64,000 bases of DNA, taken from the NCBI GenBank assembly GCA_964605905.1, contig CAZSEL010000011.1:36019-100018 (forward strand). Direction: 5' to 3'. Made by a program: the position numbers and the translations under genes. This stretch comes from an uncultured Chloracidobacterium sp. (lineage in GTDB: Bacteria; Acidobacteriota; Blastocatellia; Pyrinomonadales; Pyrinomonadaceae). The notes beneath the pieces were generated by a model. The model was not told the origin of the DNA. It did no database searches and saw nothing but the letters and a program-made list of their open reading frames with translations. Below are positions 18,728 through 28,579 of the stretch, piece by piece. Position 1 is the stretch's first letter. Each line of letters starts with the position of its first letter.

Positions 18728-20752
18728 ATGACGATCACAGAGCTTCAAACACAACTGCGCGAAAAGGTCCGCGAGACAGCCGCCGCGAAATTTAATGTCG
18801 AGCTTGATCACGTCGGCTCCGAGATTCCGCCGAAAACGGAACTTGGCGACGCGGCATTCCCTGTTGCGTTTGAGCTGGCAAAACTGATAAAACAAACGAC
18901 CGGCGAGAAACAAAACCCGCGGGCCATCGCCGAAGAATTAAAGGCGGAACTTGAGAAATTCGACTTTGTCGATCGTATCGAGATCGCCGGTCCGGGGTAC
19001 ATGAATGTGTTTTTTGAACGTGCAAGGTTTCTGTTGGAAAACATTGACGCCAGCCCGCTTCCCCGACAGTCAACAGATAATTCCGTAGGACAAAAGGTTT
19101 GTGTTGAACATACTTCCGTTAATCCAAACAAAGCGGCTCATATTGGACACGTTCGAAACTCGGTAATCGGCGATACGTTTCATCGAATCTTGAAAGCGAC
19201 CGGCAAACGGGTCGAGGTGCAGAACTACATCGACAATACCGGCGTTCAGGTTGCGGATGTCGTAGTCGGATTTATGTTCATTGAAAACATGAATCTTGAC
19301 ACGATAAAGACTCTTGATAAAGAGCTTATAGCAGCTGGTAAATCGTTTGATTATTACTGCTGGGACCTTTATGCAAGAGTCGGGCAGGAATATCAGACCA
19401 ACGATGAGCTAAAAGCAAAACGTGCCGAAGTGCTTCATTTGATCGAGGAAGGTGGCAATGAAACCGCCAACCTTGCCGATTATGCCGCGACGCGAAACGT
19501 CGAGTGCATCGTCGATACGATGGAGCGTTTCGGTATTCGATACGATCTGCTGCCGCGTGAATCGGAAATCCTTCATCTGCATTTCTGGGATAAGGCCTTC
19601 GAGCAGATGAAGCAGCTCGGCGTGATCCATTTTGAACCAGAGGGCAAAAATGCCGGTTGCTGGGTGATGCCGTTCGAGGAACACACTGGTACTGAAGATC
19701 ACGAATCGGACAAAATTCTTGTCCGCTCGAACGGCACGGTCACTTACACGGGCAAGGACATCGCCTATCAGATGTGGAAGCTCGGCATTCTAGGGCTCGA
19801 TTTTTACTATCGTCCGTTCTATGAATACGCTGATGGTAAAGTTCTCTGGATCACATCGGCTTCACCGCAAACAGCGACTGGGGACAAAAGTGTCCCACCT
19901 CCTTTCGGGCACGGTGAAACGGTCTATAATGTGATCGACACGCGACAGTCATATCCGCAGGAGATCGTGAAAAAAGGCGTCGCTGCCATCTATCCCGAAA
20001 AAGGCGAACAGGCGAGCGTTCATCTTTCGTACGAAATGGTCGCGCTGTCACCGGCCGCTGCGGTAGAGCTAGGATTCCAGATCTCAGACGAAGATAAGTC
20101 ACGCACGTTCATCGAAATGAGCGGCCGCAAAGGCCTTGGCGTAAAGGCCGACGACCTGCTCGACCATTTGGAAGCAAATGCACTTGCCGAGGTCGAATCG
20201 CGTCACCCGGACGCTGATCCTAACGAGAAAAAGCACATCGCTCATCAGATCGCCGTCGGTGCATTGCGATATTTTCTGTTGAAATTTACGCGAACGACTG
20301 TGATCGTGTTCGATTTCAAGGAAGCACTTTCGTTCGAAGGCGAAACAGGTTGTTTCTGCCAATATTCTGCCGTGCGAGCAAATTCTATTTTCCGAAAACT
20401 TGCAGAACGCGGAGAATCTGTCAACGATATAAAATCAACGCTGAACGACTCTGCAAAGATAGCTGAAATTTTCGCGTCTGAGCAAGGCAACGACATCTGG
20501 TCGATGCTAATCCTCGCATCTCGTTTGGACGAAACGATCGAACAGGCCGCGAAGGCAAATGAACCGGCTATACTTGCGAAATACGCATTCAATCTCGCAA
20601 AGGCGTTCAATCTTTTCTATCATCACCACAAGATATTGCCCGAACCGGATGCCGTGAAACGCGCCGTGCTGATCTCGGTTGCGGATACTGTACGAAATTC
20701 GCTGACCGCAGCCTTGGCGACGATGGGAATCGAAGTTCCCGAGAAAATGTAA
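18728..20752 (+). CDS. argS: Arginine-tRNA ligase
   Basis: PNKAAHIGHVRN (HIGH region), MSGRKG, and the anticodon-binding C-terminus. Confidence 0.95.
   Translation: MTITELQTQLREKVRETAAAKFNVELDHVGSEIPPKTELGDAAFPVAFELAKLIKQTTGEKQNPRAIAEELKAELEKFDFVDRIEIAGPGYMNVFFERARFLLENIDASPLPRQSTDNSVGQKVCVEHTSVNPNKAAHIGHVRNSVIGDTFHRILKATGKRVEVQNYIDNTGVQVADVVVGFMFIENMNLDTIKTLDKELIAAGKSFDYYCWDLYARVGQEYQTNDELKAKRAEVLHLIEEGGNETANLADYAATRNVECIVDTMERFGIRYDLLPRESEILHLHFWDKAFEQMKQLGVIHFEPEGKNAGCWVMPFEEHTGTEDHESDKILVRSNGTVTYTGKDIAYQMWKLGILGLDFYYRPFYEYADGKVLWITSASPQTATGDKSVPPPFGHGETVYNVIDTRQSYPQEIVKKGVAAIYPEKGEQASVHLSYEMVALSPAAAVELGFQISDEDKSRTFIEMSGRKGLGVKADDLLDHLEANALAEVESRHPDADPNEKKHIAHQIAVGALRYFLLKFTRTTVIVFDFKEALSFEGETGCFCQYSAVRANSIFRKLAERGESVNDIKSTLNDSAKIAEIFASEQGNDIWSMLILASRLDETIEQAAKANEPAILAKYAFNLAKAFNLFYHHHKILPEPDAVKRAVLISVADTVRNSLTAALATMGIEVPEKM
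19868..19906. repeat. Intragenic copy of the GGGGACA hairpin element, in-frame (13 codons) in argS
   Basis: See 2196-2234. Translated as QTATGDKSVPPPF. Confidence 0.75.
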
Positions 20753-20953
20753 TTGACACAACGCGCCAAATTTTGATACATATTTGGTGATGAACGAATT
20801 CCTGAACACCGCAACTGCATATTTGAGCTGGCACAGCTGGCCGTCCAATGCGGTTGTGTCTCACGAAATTTGTTTCTGCCCATGACTATAAGTCATTTTC
20901 AGAATCTCCGTTTCCGAGCAATACCGCCAAACTTTTGAGTTGGCGGTTTTTTT
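20753..20953 (+). promoter_or_regulatory. Candidate trp leader: promoter-like TTGACA, 31-codon ORF with two Trp codons, and an intrinsic terminator abutting the trpE ATG
   Basis: TTGACA at 20753-20758. ORF 20790-20885 encodes MNEFLNTATAYLSWHSWPSNAVVSHEICFCP. Hairpin ACCGCCAAC-TTTTGA-GTTGGCGGT at 20923-20947, then TTTTTT, then ATG. Confidence 0.4.
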
Positions 20954-22441
20954 ATGACTGATTTCGAGCAATTTGCCGAAAAGGCTAAACAAGCGAACGT
21001 CGTCCCGGTCGTCGAAACGATGTCGGCTGACCTGCTGACGCCCCTTGCCGTCTATCTAAAATTAGCGAATGACATGACCGAATCGTTCCTGCTCGAATCG
21101 GTCGAGGGCGGCGAGTCTTTGGCCCGATATTCGTTTGTCGGTGTCGATCCGCACTTTACAGTTAGCGGCACTGGCAAACAGGTGACTGTCACAAACGCCG
21201 ACGGAAAGGAAACGGTCGATATTTCGATGATCGAATTTCTTCGCGATCATTTTGCAAAGAACCGTTTGTATCAGGACGATTCCCTGCCGAGTTTTGCGGG
21301 CGGAGCAATCGGATCGCTTGGATTTTCGTGCTCGGCGTGGTTTGAACCGAGCCTTAAAAAATGTCTGCCATCAGCGGACGATGAAGCATCGTTTATGTTT
21401 TGTCGGACGGTCGTCGCGTTTGATCACGCGAAGCAATTGATTCAGATCGTGACGCTTGTTTTTGTTGACACGACGGATGGAAACCCAACAAGCCTGGAAA
21501 ATCTGCATCGCGACGCTTTGAAGAAAAACACAGCGGTTCGTGACTTGCTTGAAACCGGTTCGGTCATAGTTCCGCCAAATGCTGACAAAACGGGCGATGG
21601 CGAAACGACTTCAAATTTTACTAAAGAGAATTTTGAAGATGCGGTCATTGAGATCAAAGAGATGATCGCCGCGGGCGAGGCTTATCAGGTCGTTTTGTCG
21701 CAATGTTTTTCGAGGAAAACAAATGCCTCGCCGGTCGCGATCTATCGGGCGATGCGGTCGTTGAACCCTTCGCCATATATGTTTTTGATCAGGATGAATG
21801 GTCGGTCGATCATCGGGGCCTCACCTGAAATGCTTGTTCGGAGTCGCGGAAATAATTTGGAATACCGCCCGATCGCCGGAACTCGGCCTCGTGGAAAAAC
21901 GGCTGGGGAAGATGCTTTGCTTGCTGACGAAATGCGTGCCGACCGCAAAGAAGTTGCGGAACATTTAATGCTGGTCGATCTGGGGCGAAACGATCTCGGC
22001 CGCGTCGCGGAATATGGCAGCGTCGAGGTTTCCGGGCTGATGAGCGTCGAAAAATATTCGCACGTTCAGCATCTTGTCACATACCTTTCGGCTGATCTTA
22101 GAAAAGGTGTAGACAGGTTTGATGCGCTTGCTGCGTGTTTCCCTGCCGGAACCGTTTCGGGTGCTCCGAAAGTGCGGGCGATAAAGATCATCAGCAAACT
22201 TGAACCAACTCCGCGTGGCATATATTCGGGAGCCGTCGGCTATTTCGACTATTCGGGGAATATGGACACCTGCATCGCGATTCGCACGATGGTGCTAGAA
22301 AACGGCCTCGCAAAGGTTCAGGCCGGTGCCGGAATCGTCGCCGATTCTGTGCCAGAAGCCGAATATCAAGAAACGATTAACAAAGCCTCGGCACTATTGC
22401 GGGCAATAGAAATCGCCGAAAAGTCAGTACCGCCTGCGTAA
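20954..22441 (+). CDS. trpE: Anthranilate synthase component I
   Basis: LLESVEGGE, IAGTRPRG, GAVGYF. The last 5 codons and stop (SVPPA*) come from a REP copy. Confidence 0.95.
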   Translation: MTDFEQFAEKAKQANVVPVVETMSADLLTPLAVYLKLANDMTESFLLESVEGGESLARYSFVGVDPHFTVSGTGKQVTVTNADGKETVDISMIEFLRDHFAKNRLYQDDSLPSFAGGAIGSLGFSCSAWFEPSLKKCLPSADDEASFMFCRTVVAFDHAKQLIQIVTLVFVDTTDGNPTSLENLHRDALKKNTAVRDLLETGSVIVPPNADKTGDGETTSNFTKENFEDAVIEIKEMIAAGEAYQVVLSQCFSRKTNASPVAIYRAMRSLNPSPYMFLIRMNGRSIIGASPEMLVRSRGNNLEYRPIAGTRPRGKTAGEDALLADEMRADRKEVAEHLMLVDLGRNDLGRVAEYGSVEVSGLMSVEKYSHVQHLVTYLSADLRKGVDRFDALAACFPAGTVSGAPKVRAIKIISKLEPTPRGIYSGAVGYFDYSGNMDTCIAIRTMVLENGLAKVQAGAGIVADSVPEAEYQETINKASALLRAIEIAEKSVPPA

Positions 22442-22485
22442 GCAGGTGGATCGAGAGGTCAGTACCGCCTGAGTAAGCAGGTGGC
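22423..22485 (+). repeat. Two direct copies of the 28-nt REP in the trpE-trpD gap
   Basis: 22423-22449 GTCAGTACCGCCTGCGTAAGCAGGTGG and 22458-22485 GTCAGTACCGCCTGAGTAAGCAGGTGGC. Confidence 0.85.
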
Positions 22486-22505
22486 AACCGCTTCCAAGAC
22501 ATAGG

Positions 22506-23525
22506 ATGAACATTTTACGTAAAACAACAGTCGAATTCCGACTCCTCCACGACCTCGATGGCAGTGAGTCCGAGGCGTTTTTAGATGCGTTGATAGCCGA
22601 AACAGACGAACCGCTTTTAGCCGACGTGTTCTACGCCTGGAACCAAAAAGGTATCGCTGAAAACGAAATATATTCCATCGCAAAAATAATGCGTGATCGC
22701 TGCACAAAAGTTAATTCGCGACACGAAACATTCGTCGATATCGTCGGAACCGGCGGGAGCAAATCAAAAACTTTCAACGTATCAACCGCCGCAGCGTTTG
22801 TTGTTGCTGGAGCGGGAATCCCGGTTGCAAAACACGGTAACAAGGCCGCGACGAGCAATTCAGGAAGTGCCGATGTGCTTGCGGCACTCGGCATCGAACC
22901 TGCCGTCGATGCTGCAACCGCAGAAAAATGTCTGAACGAGATCGGCATCTGCTTTATGTTCGCGCCATATTTTCACCGACTTTCGCCTGTGCTTGCAAAG
23001 GTACGTCGCAGCCTCGGCTTTCCGACAATCTTTAATTGCGTTGGACCGCTTTGTAATCCAGCGAATGCACCACATCAACTGATTGGCGTTTGGAGCAAAG
23101 ACCTTGTTTCCAAAATGGCGAATGCTCTTGCCCGGCTCGGCACCAAGAAATCTTGGATCGTTCACGGTAATGACGGACTAGACGAAGTCACATTGAATGG
23201 GACAACGACGGTCGCGGAGATTGTTAACGGTAAAGTAAATATATTCGATATTTCTCTGGATGATTTTAGGATAACAACACCCACGACGCCGGACACTCAC
23301 GCCATGACCGCTGAAGAAAGCGCGTTGCTGATTCGCAATGTGTTAAGCGGAAAAAGCGATAATCAGACGGCAGTAAATCTGGTGGCGATAAACGCCGCAG
23401 CGGCGATATGTGCCGTATCGGATGAATTAGACCTGCGATCGGCATACGCAAAAGCGGTGGAATCTATCAACAGCGGAACTGCTGAGGAAAAATTGAACCG
23501 GCTGATCGAAATGACGAACAAATGA
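22506..23525 (+). CDS. trpD: Anthranilate phosphoribosyltransferase
   Basis: DIVGTGGSKSKTFNVSTAAAFV, KHGNKAATS. Confidence 0.95.
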   Translation: MNILRKTTVEFRLLHDLDGSESEAFLDALIAETDEPLLADVFYAWNQKGIAENEIYSIAKIMRDRCTKVNSRHETFVDIVGTGGSKSKTFNVSTAAAFVVAGAGIPVAKHGNKAATSNSGSADVLAALGIEPAVDAATAEKCLNEIGICFMFAPYFHRLSPVLAKVRRSLGFPTIFNCVGPLCNPANAPHQLIGVWSKDLVSKMANALARLGTKKSWIVHGNDGLDEVTLNGTTTVAEIVNGKVNIFDISLDDFRITTPTTPDTHAMTAEESALLIRNVLSGKSDNQTAVNLVAINAAAAICAVSDELDLRSAYAKAVESINSGTAEEKLNRLIEMTNK

Positions 23526-24340
23526 GCGAAACAATACTCGACAAAATATTTGCTGCAAAAAAATTGCGGGTAAATGATGCGAAAGCTCTAATAGATTTAG
23601 AGCAACTGAAAGATGCCGCTCTTGCTCGCCGTTCTACGTCGACCAGTTTTCAACTTCGCTCTACACTCTCATTGACCGACGGATTAAATATCATAGCCGA
23701 ATTCAAAAAGGCTTCGCCATCAAAAGGCGTGATAAATGAGAACGTCGATGCTGGGTCGGTCGCACGACAATACGCTAACGGCGGAGCAGCGGCGATCTCG
23801 GTTTTGACCGAAGAAGATTTTTTTAAGGGATCGCTCGACGATCTGCGAGCCGTTCGATCGGCTGTCGATCTGCCGATTTTGCGAAAGGATTTTGTTTTCG
23901 ATGCCTATCAAGTTTACGAAGCTGCCGAGGCCGGAGCCGATGCGATTTTGCTTATTGCAGCGATGCTCGACGACGATCAAATTGCCGAACTCAAGTCGGT
24001 CACAGAAGACGAATTGGGTCTCGATGCACTAATCGAAGTTCATACGCTCGATGAACTCGAGCGTGCCAAAAAGATCGGAGCAAAACTGATCGGCGCAAAT
24101 AACCGCAACTTGAAAACATTTAATGTATCGCTCCACGTTTCGCGTGAACTGATAAAAGCTAAACCGGCTGACGCGATAATGATCTCAGAAAGCGGGCTGC
24201 GTTCGCGGCAAGATTTGATCGAGTTGCGAGACTTAGGCTATTCGGGATTTCTTATCGGCGAGACTTTGATGCGAAGCGGCGATCCTGGTGTGGAGCTAAA
24301 AAAATTAACCACAGAGGTCACGGAGAAAAACTTATCGTGA
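23522..24340 (+). CDS. trpC: Indole-3-glycerol phosphate synthase
   Basis: IAEFKKASPSKG, ISVLTEEDFF. ATGA overlap with trpD. Confidence 0.95.
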   Translation: MSETILDKIFAAKKLRVNDAKALIDLEQLKDAALARRSTSTSFQLRSTLSLTDGLNIIAEFKKASPSKGVINENVDAGSVARQYANGGAAAISVLTEEDFFKGSLDDLRAVRSAVDLPILRKDFVFDAYQVYEAAEAGADAILLIAAMLDDDQIAELKSVTEDELGLDALIEVHTLDELERAKKIGAKLIGANNRNLKTFNVSLHVSRELIKAKPADAIMISESGLRSRQDLIELRDLGYSGFLIGETLMRSGDPGVELKKLTTEVTEKNLS

Positions 24341-24361
24341 TTTCTCTGTGTGCTCTGTGGT
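24308..24361. repeat. Cargo-less CACAGAG-word hairpin; left arm is inside the trpC 3' end
   Basis: ACCACAGAGGTCACGGAGAAA - 12 nt - TTTCTCTGTGTGCTCTGTGGT (18/21 complementary). Confidence 0.75.
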
Positions 24362-24371
24362 GAAATAACCT

Positions 24372-24995
24372 ATGACGAAAGTTAAGATCTGCGGCATTAC
24401 AAATCTCGAGGACGCCCTGCTCTCGGCAAAGCTCGGCGCCGACATGCTGGGGTTTAATTTCTATTCGAAAAGCCCGCGATATATCGAGTCAGATAAAGCA
24501 GGCGAGATCGTAAATCATTTGTCTGAAGATATTTTGAAAGTCGGGGTTTTTGTAAATGATTCGATTGAAACTCTCATTGAAATATCAGACGACGTAGGAC
24601 TTGATGTGATCCAGTTACACGGCGACGAAACGCCGGAGTTTGTAATTGAATTAAAAGCTAAAACCGGTTTGGAAATTATAAAGGCGTTTCGCGCTTCGCC
24701 TGAATTTAAACCCGATAGTGTTTTCGCTTATCAAGCTGATGCAATTTTGCTTGACGCATATTCGCCAAACGAACATGGTGGAACAGGTGAGACTTTTAAT
24801 TGGGAGATCGCAAGAAATTTGCAGTCGAAACTTCCGATGTTTCTTGCGGGTGGCTTAACTCCGGAAAATGTTAAAAAGGCGATAAATACTGTTCGGCCCT
24901 ATGCTGTTGACGTTGCAAGCAGCGTCGAATCGGGAAAAAGAAAAAAGGATCGAGGAAAGCTCGAGGCGTTTATCAGAAACGCAAAGAACGCATGA
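24372..24995 (+). CDS. trpF: Phosphoribosylanthranilate isomerase
   Basis: [22 protein letters not shown]. Confidence 0.9.
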   Translation: MTKVKICGITNLEDALLSAKLGADMLGFNFYSKSPRYIESDKAGEIVNHLSEDILKVGVFVNDSIETLIEISDDVGLDVIQLHGDETPEFVIELKAKTGLEIIKAFRASPEFKPDSVFAYQADAILLDAYSPNEHGGTGETFNWEIARNLQSKLPMFLAGGLTPENVKKAINTVRPYAVDVASSVESGKRKKDRGKLEAFIRNAKNA

Positions 24996-26197
24996 CTAAC
25001 TACGAACCAAATGAACGCGGATATTGGGGCGAATACGGCGGGCGGTATGTGCCGGAGACTTTGGTCGCGCCGCTCGATGAACTGACCGAGGCTTATTTTA
25101 CCTATCGTGATGATGCGGCTTTTCGTACCGAATTCGACCACTTGCTGAAAGATTTCGTCGGCCGACCATCGCCGCTTTATTTGGCTGAACGGCTGACCGA
25201 ACAGCTTGGCGGTGCGCGAGTTTATCTCAAACGCGAGGACCTCAATCACACCGGAGCGCACAAGATAAATAACTGCATTGGCCAAATTTTGCTTGCCCGG
25301 CTGATGGGCAAAAAGCGGATCATCGCCGAAACCGGAGCAGGTCAGCACGGCGTTGCGACCGCGACGGTTTGTGCACATTTCGGCCTCGAATGCGTCGTAT
25401 ATATGGGCACCGAAGATATGCGGCGACAAGAGTTGAATGTGTTTCGGATGCGGCTATTGGGTGCAGAAGTTCGCGGTGTCGATTCCGGTTCGCGTACATT
25501 AAAAGACGCCATCAACGAGGCTCTGCGCGATTGGGTGACTAACGTTGAGACGACATATTATCTGCTTGGCTCCGCGCTCGGCCCGCATCCGTACCCGTTG
25601 ATGGTCCGCGATTTTCAAAGCATTATCGGCCACGAGGCCCGCGAACAGATCCTCGAAAAAGAAGGCCGGCTTCCCGATCTGCTCGTCGCCTGCGTTGGCG
25701 GCGGCTCGAATGCAATCGGTCTGTTTCACGAATTCTTAAACGATAATGAAGTTCGCATGATCGGCGTCGAAGCCGGCGGCACAGGAAGCAATCTCGGCGA
25801 CCACGCCGCGAGATTTATGTCCGGCGGCAGCGTCGGCGTTTTACAGGGAACCAAAAGTTATTTACTCCAGGACGAAAACGGCCAGATCGCTCTGACTCAT
25901 TCTGTGTCGGCGGGATTGGACTATGCCTCCATCGGCCCGGAGCATGCGTTTCTGCACGACGAAGGCCGCGTCGAATATGTTTCAGTTTCAGACGATGAAG
26001 CTCTTTCGGCGTTTCAGCTTTTATCCGAAACCGAAGGCATTATCCCGGCGCTCGAATCCGCCCATGCAATTGCTCATGTTTTAAAGATCGCGAGCGATAT
26101 GCCACGCGACCAGGTTATTATCTGTAATCTATCAGGCCGCGGCGATAAGGATGTTAACACGGTGGCAGACATCTTAGGGCGGAGACACGACCGGTAG
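24992..26197 (+). CDS. trpB: Tryptophan synthase beta chain
   Basis: [24 protein letters not shown]. Confidence 0.95.
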   Translation: MTNYEPNERGYWGEYGGRYVPETLVAPLDELTEAYFTYRDDAAFRTEFDHLLKDFVGRPSPLYLAERLTEQLGGARVYLKREDLNHTGAHKINNCIGQILLARLMGKKRIIAETGAGQHGVATATVCAHFGLECVVYMGTEDMRRQELNVFRMRLLGAEVRGVDSGSRTLKDAINEALRDWVTNVETTYYLLGSALGPHPYPLMVRDFQSIIGHEAREQILEKEGRLPDLLVACVGGGSNAIGLFHEFLNDNEVRMIGVEAGGTGSNLGDHAARFMSGGSVGVLQGTKSYLLQDENGQIALTHSVSAGLDYASIGPEHAFLHDEGRVEYVSVSDDEALSAFQLLSETEGIIPALESAHAIAHVLKIASDMPRDQVIICNLSGRGDKDVNTVADILGRRHDR

Positions 26198-26208
26198 GAA
26201 GGGTGTTC
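26177..26208. repeat. 32-nt element GGCGGAGACACGACCGGTAGGAAGGGTGTTC; contains the trpB stop
   Basis: About 26/32 identical to 27121-27152. Confidence 0.7.
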
Positions 26209-26210
26209 TT

Positions 26211-26273
26211 GATTTTGGATTTTGGATTCCAAGAATTCAGATTTGAAATTTGAAATTTGAAGTTTGAAATTTT
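26211..26273. repeat. Short tandem words (GATTTTG x2; ATTTGAAA x4) in the trpB-trpA gap
   Basis: Direct reading. Confidence 0.7.
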
Positions 26274-26288
26274 AGGTTGGACCGATAA

Positions 26289-27101
26289 ATGAACCGTATC
26301 AAACAAAAATTTGACGAACTTCGTTCGGCTGAGAAAAAGGGCTTTATCCCTTTCGTCTCGGCCGGCGATCCCGATCTCACAACGTCTAGACAGATCGTGC
26401 TTTCTCTTGCAGAAAACGGCGCAGACATTATCGAACTTGGCGTTCCCTTTTCCGATCCGATGGCCGATGGCCCGACGATACAGATGTCATCGCAGCGTGC
26501 GCTCGAAAACGGAGTCATGATCACCGATATTTTGGAAATGGTGAAAAATGTTCGAACGAAAACCGATGTCCCGATCGTTTTGTTCAGCTATCTCAATCCG
26601 CTTTTTCGATATGGGATAGAAAAGCTCGCGAAGGATGCTGCCGATGCGGGTGTTGACGGCGTGCTCGTTACCGACGCCGTTGATCAGGAAGCCGCCGACA
26701 TCGCAACAGTTTTGAAAAAAAACGGGATCGATCTGATCTCGCTGATCGCACCGACAACGACGGACGAGCGTCTAAAACAGATCGCTGAACACGCCAGCGG
26801 ATTTATTTATGCCGTTTCTCGGGCCGGCGTTACCGGAGCACAAACGGAAACGAGCGCGTCTGCGCGGGTTTTAGTAGAGCGGGCAAGAAAATTCACCGTT
26901 CTTCCCATTGCCGTCGGTTTTGGAATATCGACACGCCAACAGATCGAAGATGTTTGGAAATATGCAGATGCGGCCGTGGTTGGCTCGGCGATAGTTGCCG
27001 AGATCCAACGTTCGTTTGCAGACGGAAACACGGTCGAGCGAGTTGGCGAGTTTGTCCGCAGCCTTTTGCCGACGGTTGCAAAAGACCACGACGAAACCTA
27101 A
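26289..27101 (+). CDS. trpA: Tryptophan synthase alpha chain
   Basis: IELGVPFSDPMADGPTIQ, GFGIS. Confidence 0.95.
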   Translation: MNRIKQKFDELRSAEKKGFIPFVSAGDPDLTTSRQIVLSLAENGADIIELGVPFSDPMADGPTIQMSSQRALENGVMITDILEMVKNVRTKTDVPIVLFSYLNPLFRYGIEKLAKDAADAGVDGVLVTDAVDQEAADIATVLKKNGIDLISLIAPTTTDERLKQIAEHASGFIYAVSRAGVTGAQTETSASARVLVERARKFTVLPIAVGFGISTRQQIEDVWKYADAAVVGSAIVAEIQRSFADGNTVERVGEFVRSLLPTVAKDHDET

Positions 27102-27120
27102 AGTTAGAAGTTTACAAGAA

Positions 27121-27152
27121 AGGCGGAAACACGACCGGTGGGGAGTGTGTTC
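27121..27152. repeat. Second copy of the 32-nt GGCGGAAACACGACCGGTGGGGAGTGTGTTC element
   Basis: See 26177-26208. Confidence 0.7.
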
Positions 27153-27171
27153 CCGAAAGTAAATACTATTT

Positions 27172-28200
27172 ATGCTTATAGTAATGAAACCCGGCGCGGC
27201 TCCTAACGAGATCGAGCGCGTCCTTGAGATCATCCAAAAACTCGGCTATCGCGGACACACAATGCCCGGCGAGGGCCGCACTGCCATCGGTATCACCGGA
27301 AATAAAGGCTCGGTCGATCCGGCACATTTCGAAAATCTGCCCGGCGTAGCCGACGCCATTCGTGTTACGAAACCTTACAAGTTGATCTCAAAAGATCTGC
27401 GGCCGGAAAAGTCTGTGATCAAGGTCGGCAATGCGTTTATCGGCGACGGTTCGCTGGCGATGATCGCCGGCCCGTGTGCGGTCGAAAACACCAAACAGGT
27501 TTTCGACGCTGCTGAGGCCGTTGCCGCAAGCGGTGCAAAATTCTTTCGCGGCGGTGCCTTCAAACCTCGCACCTCACCTTACGCATTTCAGGGAATGGGC
27601 GAGGATGGTTTGAAGATATTGTCGGAGGTTCGCGACCAGTTTGGGCTAAATATCGTCACCGAGGCGATGGACGAATACGGCATCGATCTGGTGGAAAAAT
27701 ACGGCGACTGCATCCAGATCGGCGCCCGAAATATGCAGAATTTTTCGCTGTTGCGATACGTCGGAAAAACGCGAAAACCGGTGCTGCTCAAACGAGGGTT
27801 GTCAGCCACGCTCGATGAACTACTGCTCGCAGCGGAATACATTATGTCCGAGGGAAATTACGACGTCATACTCTGCGAACGCGGCATCCGCACCTTCGCC
27901 GATCATGCCAGGAACACGCTCGACATTTCCATCGTTCCCGCAATACAACGCCTTTCTCATCTGCCGGTTATCATCGATCCTTCACACGCTTCCGGCCATA
28001 ATTATATGGTCAACCCGCTCGCCCGTGCCGGTATCGCCGTCGGTGCCGACGGCCTGATTATCGAAGTCCACCCATGCCCCGAAGAGGCAATGTGCGACGG
28101 AGCCCAAGCGTTGACTCCAAAACAGTACGTGGAATTATTCGAGCAGGTCAAACGGATACACGCTGTTTTTGCTGACGAGGCTGTTGTCGCGACTACTTAA
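27172..28200 (+). CDS. aroF: 3-deoxy-7-phosphoheptulonate (DAHP) synthase, type I-beta with N-terminal regulatory domain
   Basis: [22 protein letters not shown]-terminal ferredoxin-like segment of about 70 aa. Confidence 0.9.
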   Translation: MLIVMKPGAAPNEIERVLEIIQKLGYRGHTMPGEGRTAIGITGNKGSVDPAHFENLPGVADAIRVTKPYKLISKDLRPEKSVIKVGNAFIGDGSLAMIAGPCAVENTKQVFDAAEAVAASGAKFFRGGAFKPRTSPYAFQGMGEDGLKILSEVRDQFGLNIVTEAMDEYGIDLVEKYGDCIQIGARNMQNFSLLRYVGKTRKPVLLKRGLSATLDELLLAAEYIMSEGNYDVILCERGIRTFADHARNTLDISIVPAIQRLSHLPVIIDPSHASGHNYMVNPLARAGIAVGADGLIIEVHPCPEEAMCDGAQALTPKQYVELFEQVKRIHAVFADEAVVATT

Positions 28201-28579
28201 GTTTTGTTCGTATCCATGCGGCCAGTTCTTCTTCTGAAATGGCGCCTTCGGCAAGCTTAAGAATCGTGGTGTATTTGTCTTCGGGTGTTGCAACAAACTC
28301 TGCTCCATTTAGAAGTAGAAATGTTCGCATCACGACCAATGCGGTTCGCTTGTTGCCATCGATAAAAGGATGATTTTTCGCAATTCCGAATGCATAGCTC
28401 GCGGCGAGCGCAGCGAGATCAACATTATCGCCATAAGCGTACAGATTTTCCGCTCTTGCGAGTGCTGATAACAACAGTCCTTCATCCCGAACACCCGAAC
28501 TGCCGCCGTGTTCCGCAATCTGCCTTTCGTGGATCGGATGTACTGCATTGACATTAACCCAGACGATTTCGTCGATCAT
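28193..28579 (-). CDS. doc: Doc (death-on-curing, Fic fold) toxin
   Basis: [11 protein letters not shown]. The 3' end overlaps aroF convergently by 8 nt. Confidence 0.85.
   Translation of the reverse strand: MIDEIVWVNVNAVHPIHERQIAEHGGSSGVRDEGLLLSALARAENLYAYGDNVDLAALAASYAFGIAKNHPFIDGNKRTALVVMRTFLLLNGAEFVATPEDKYTTILKLAEGAISEEELAAWIRTKLK

Noticed and set aside
20753-20953. TRAP-type (GAG/TAG triplet repeats) or T-box control of trp
   Set aside because: I saw no run of regularly spaced GAG/TAG triplets, and no specifier-loop/T-box-like sequence. Only the leader-peptide model has any support.
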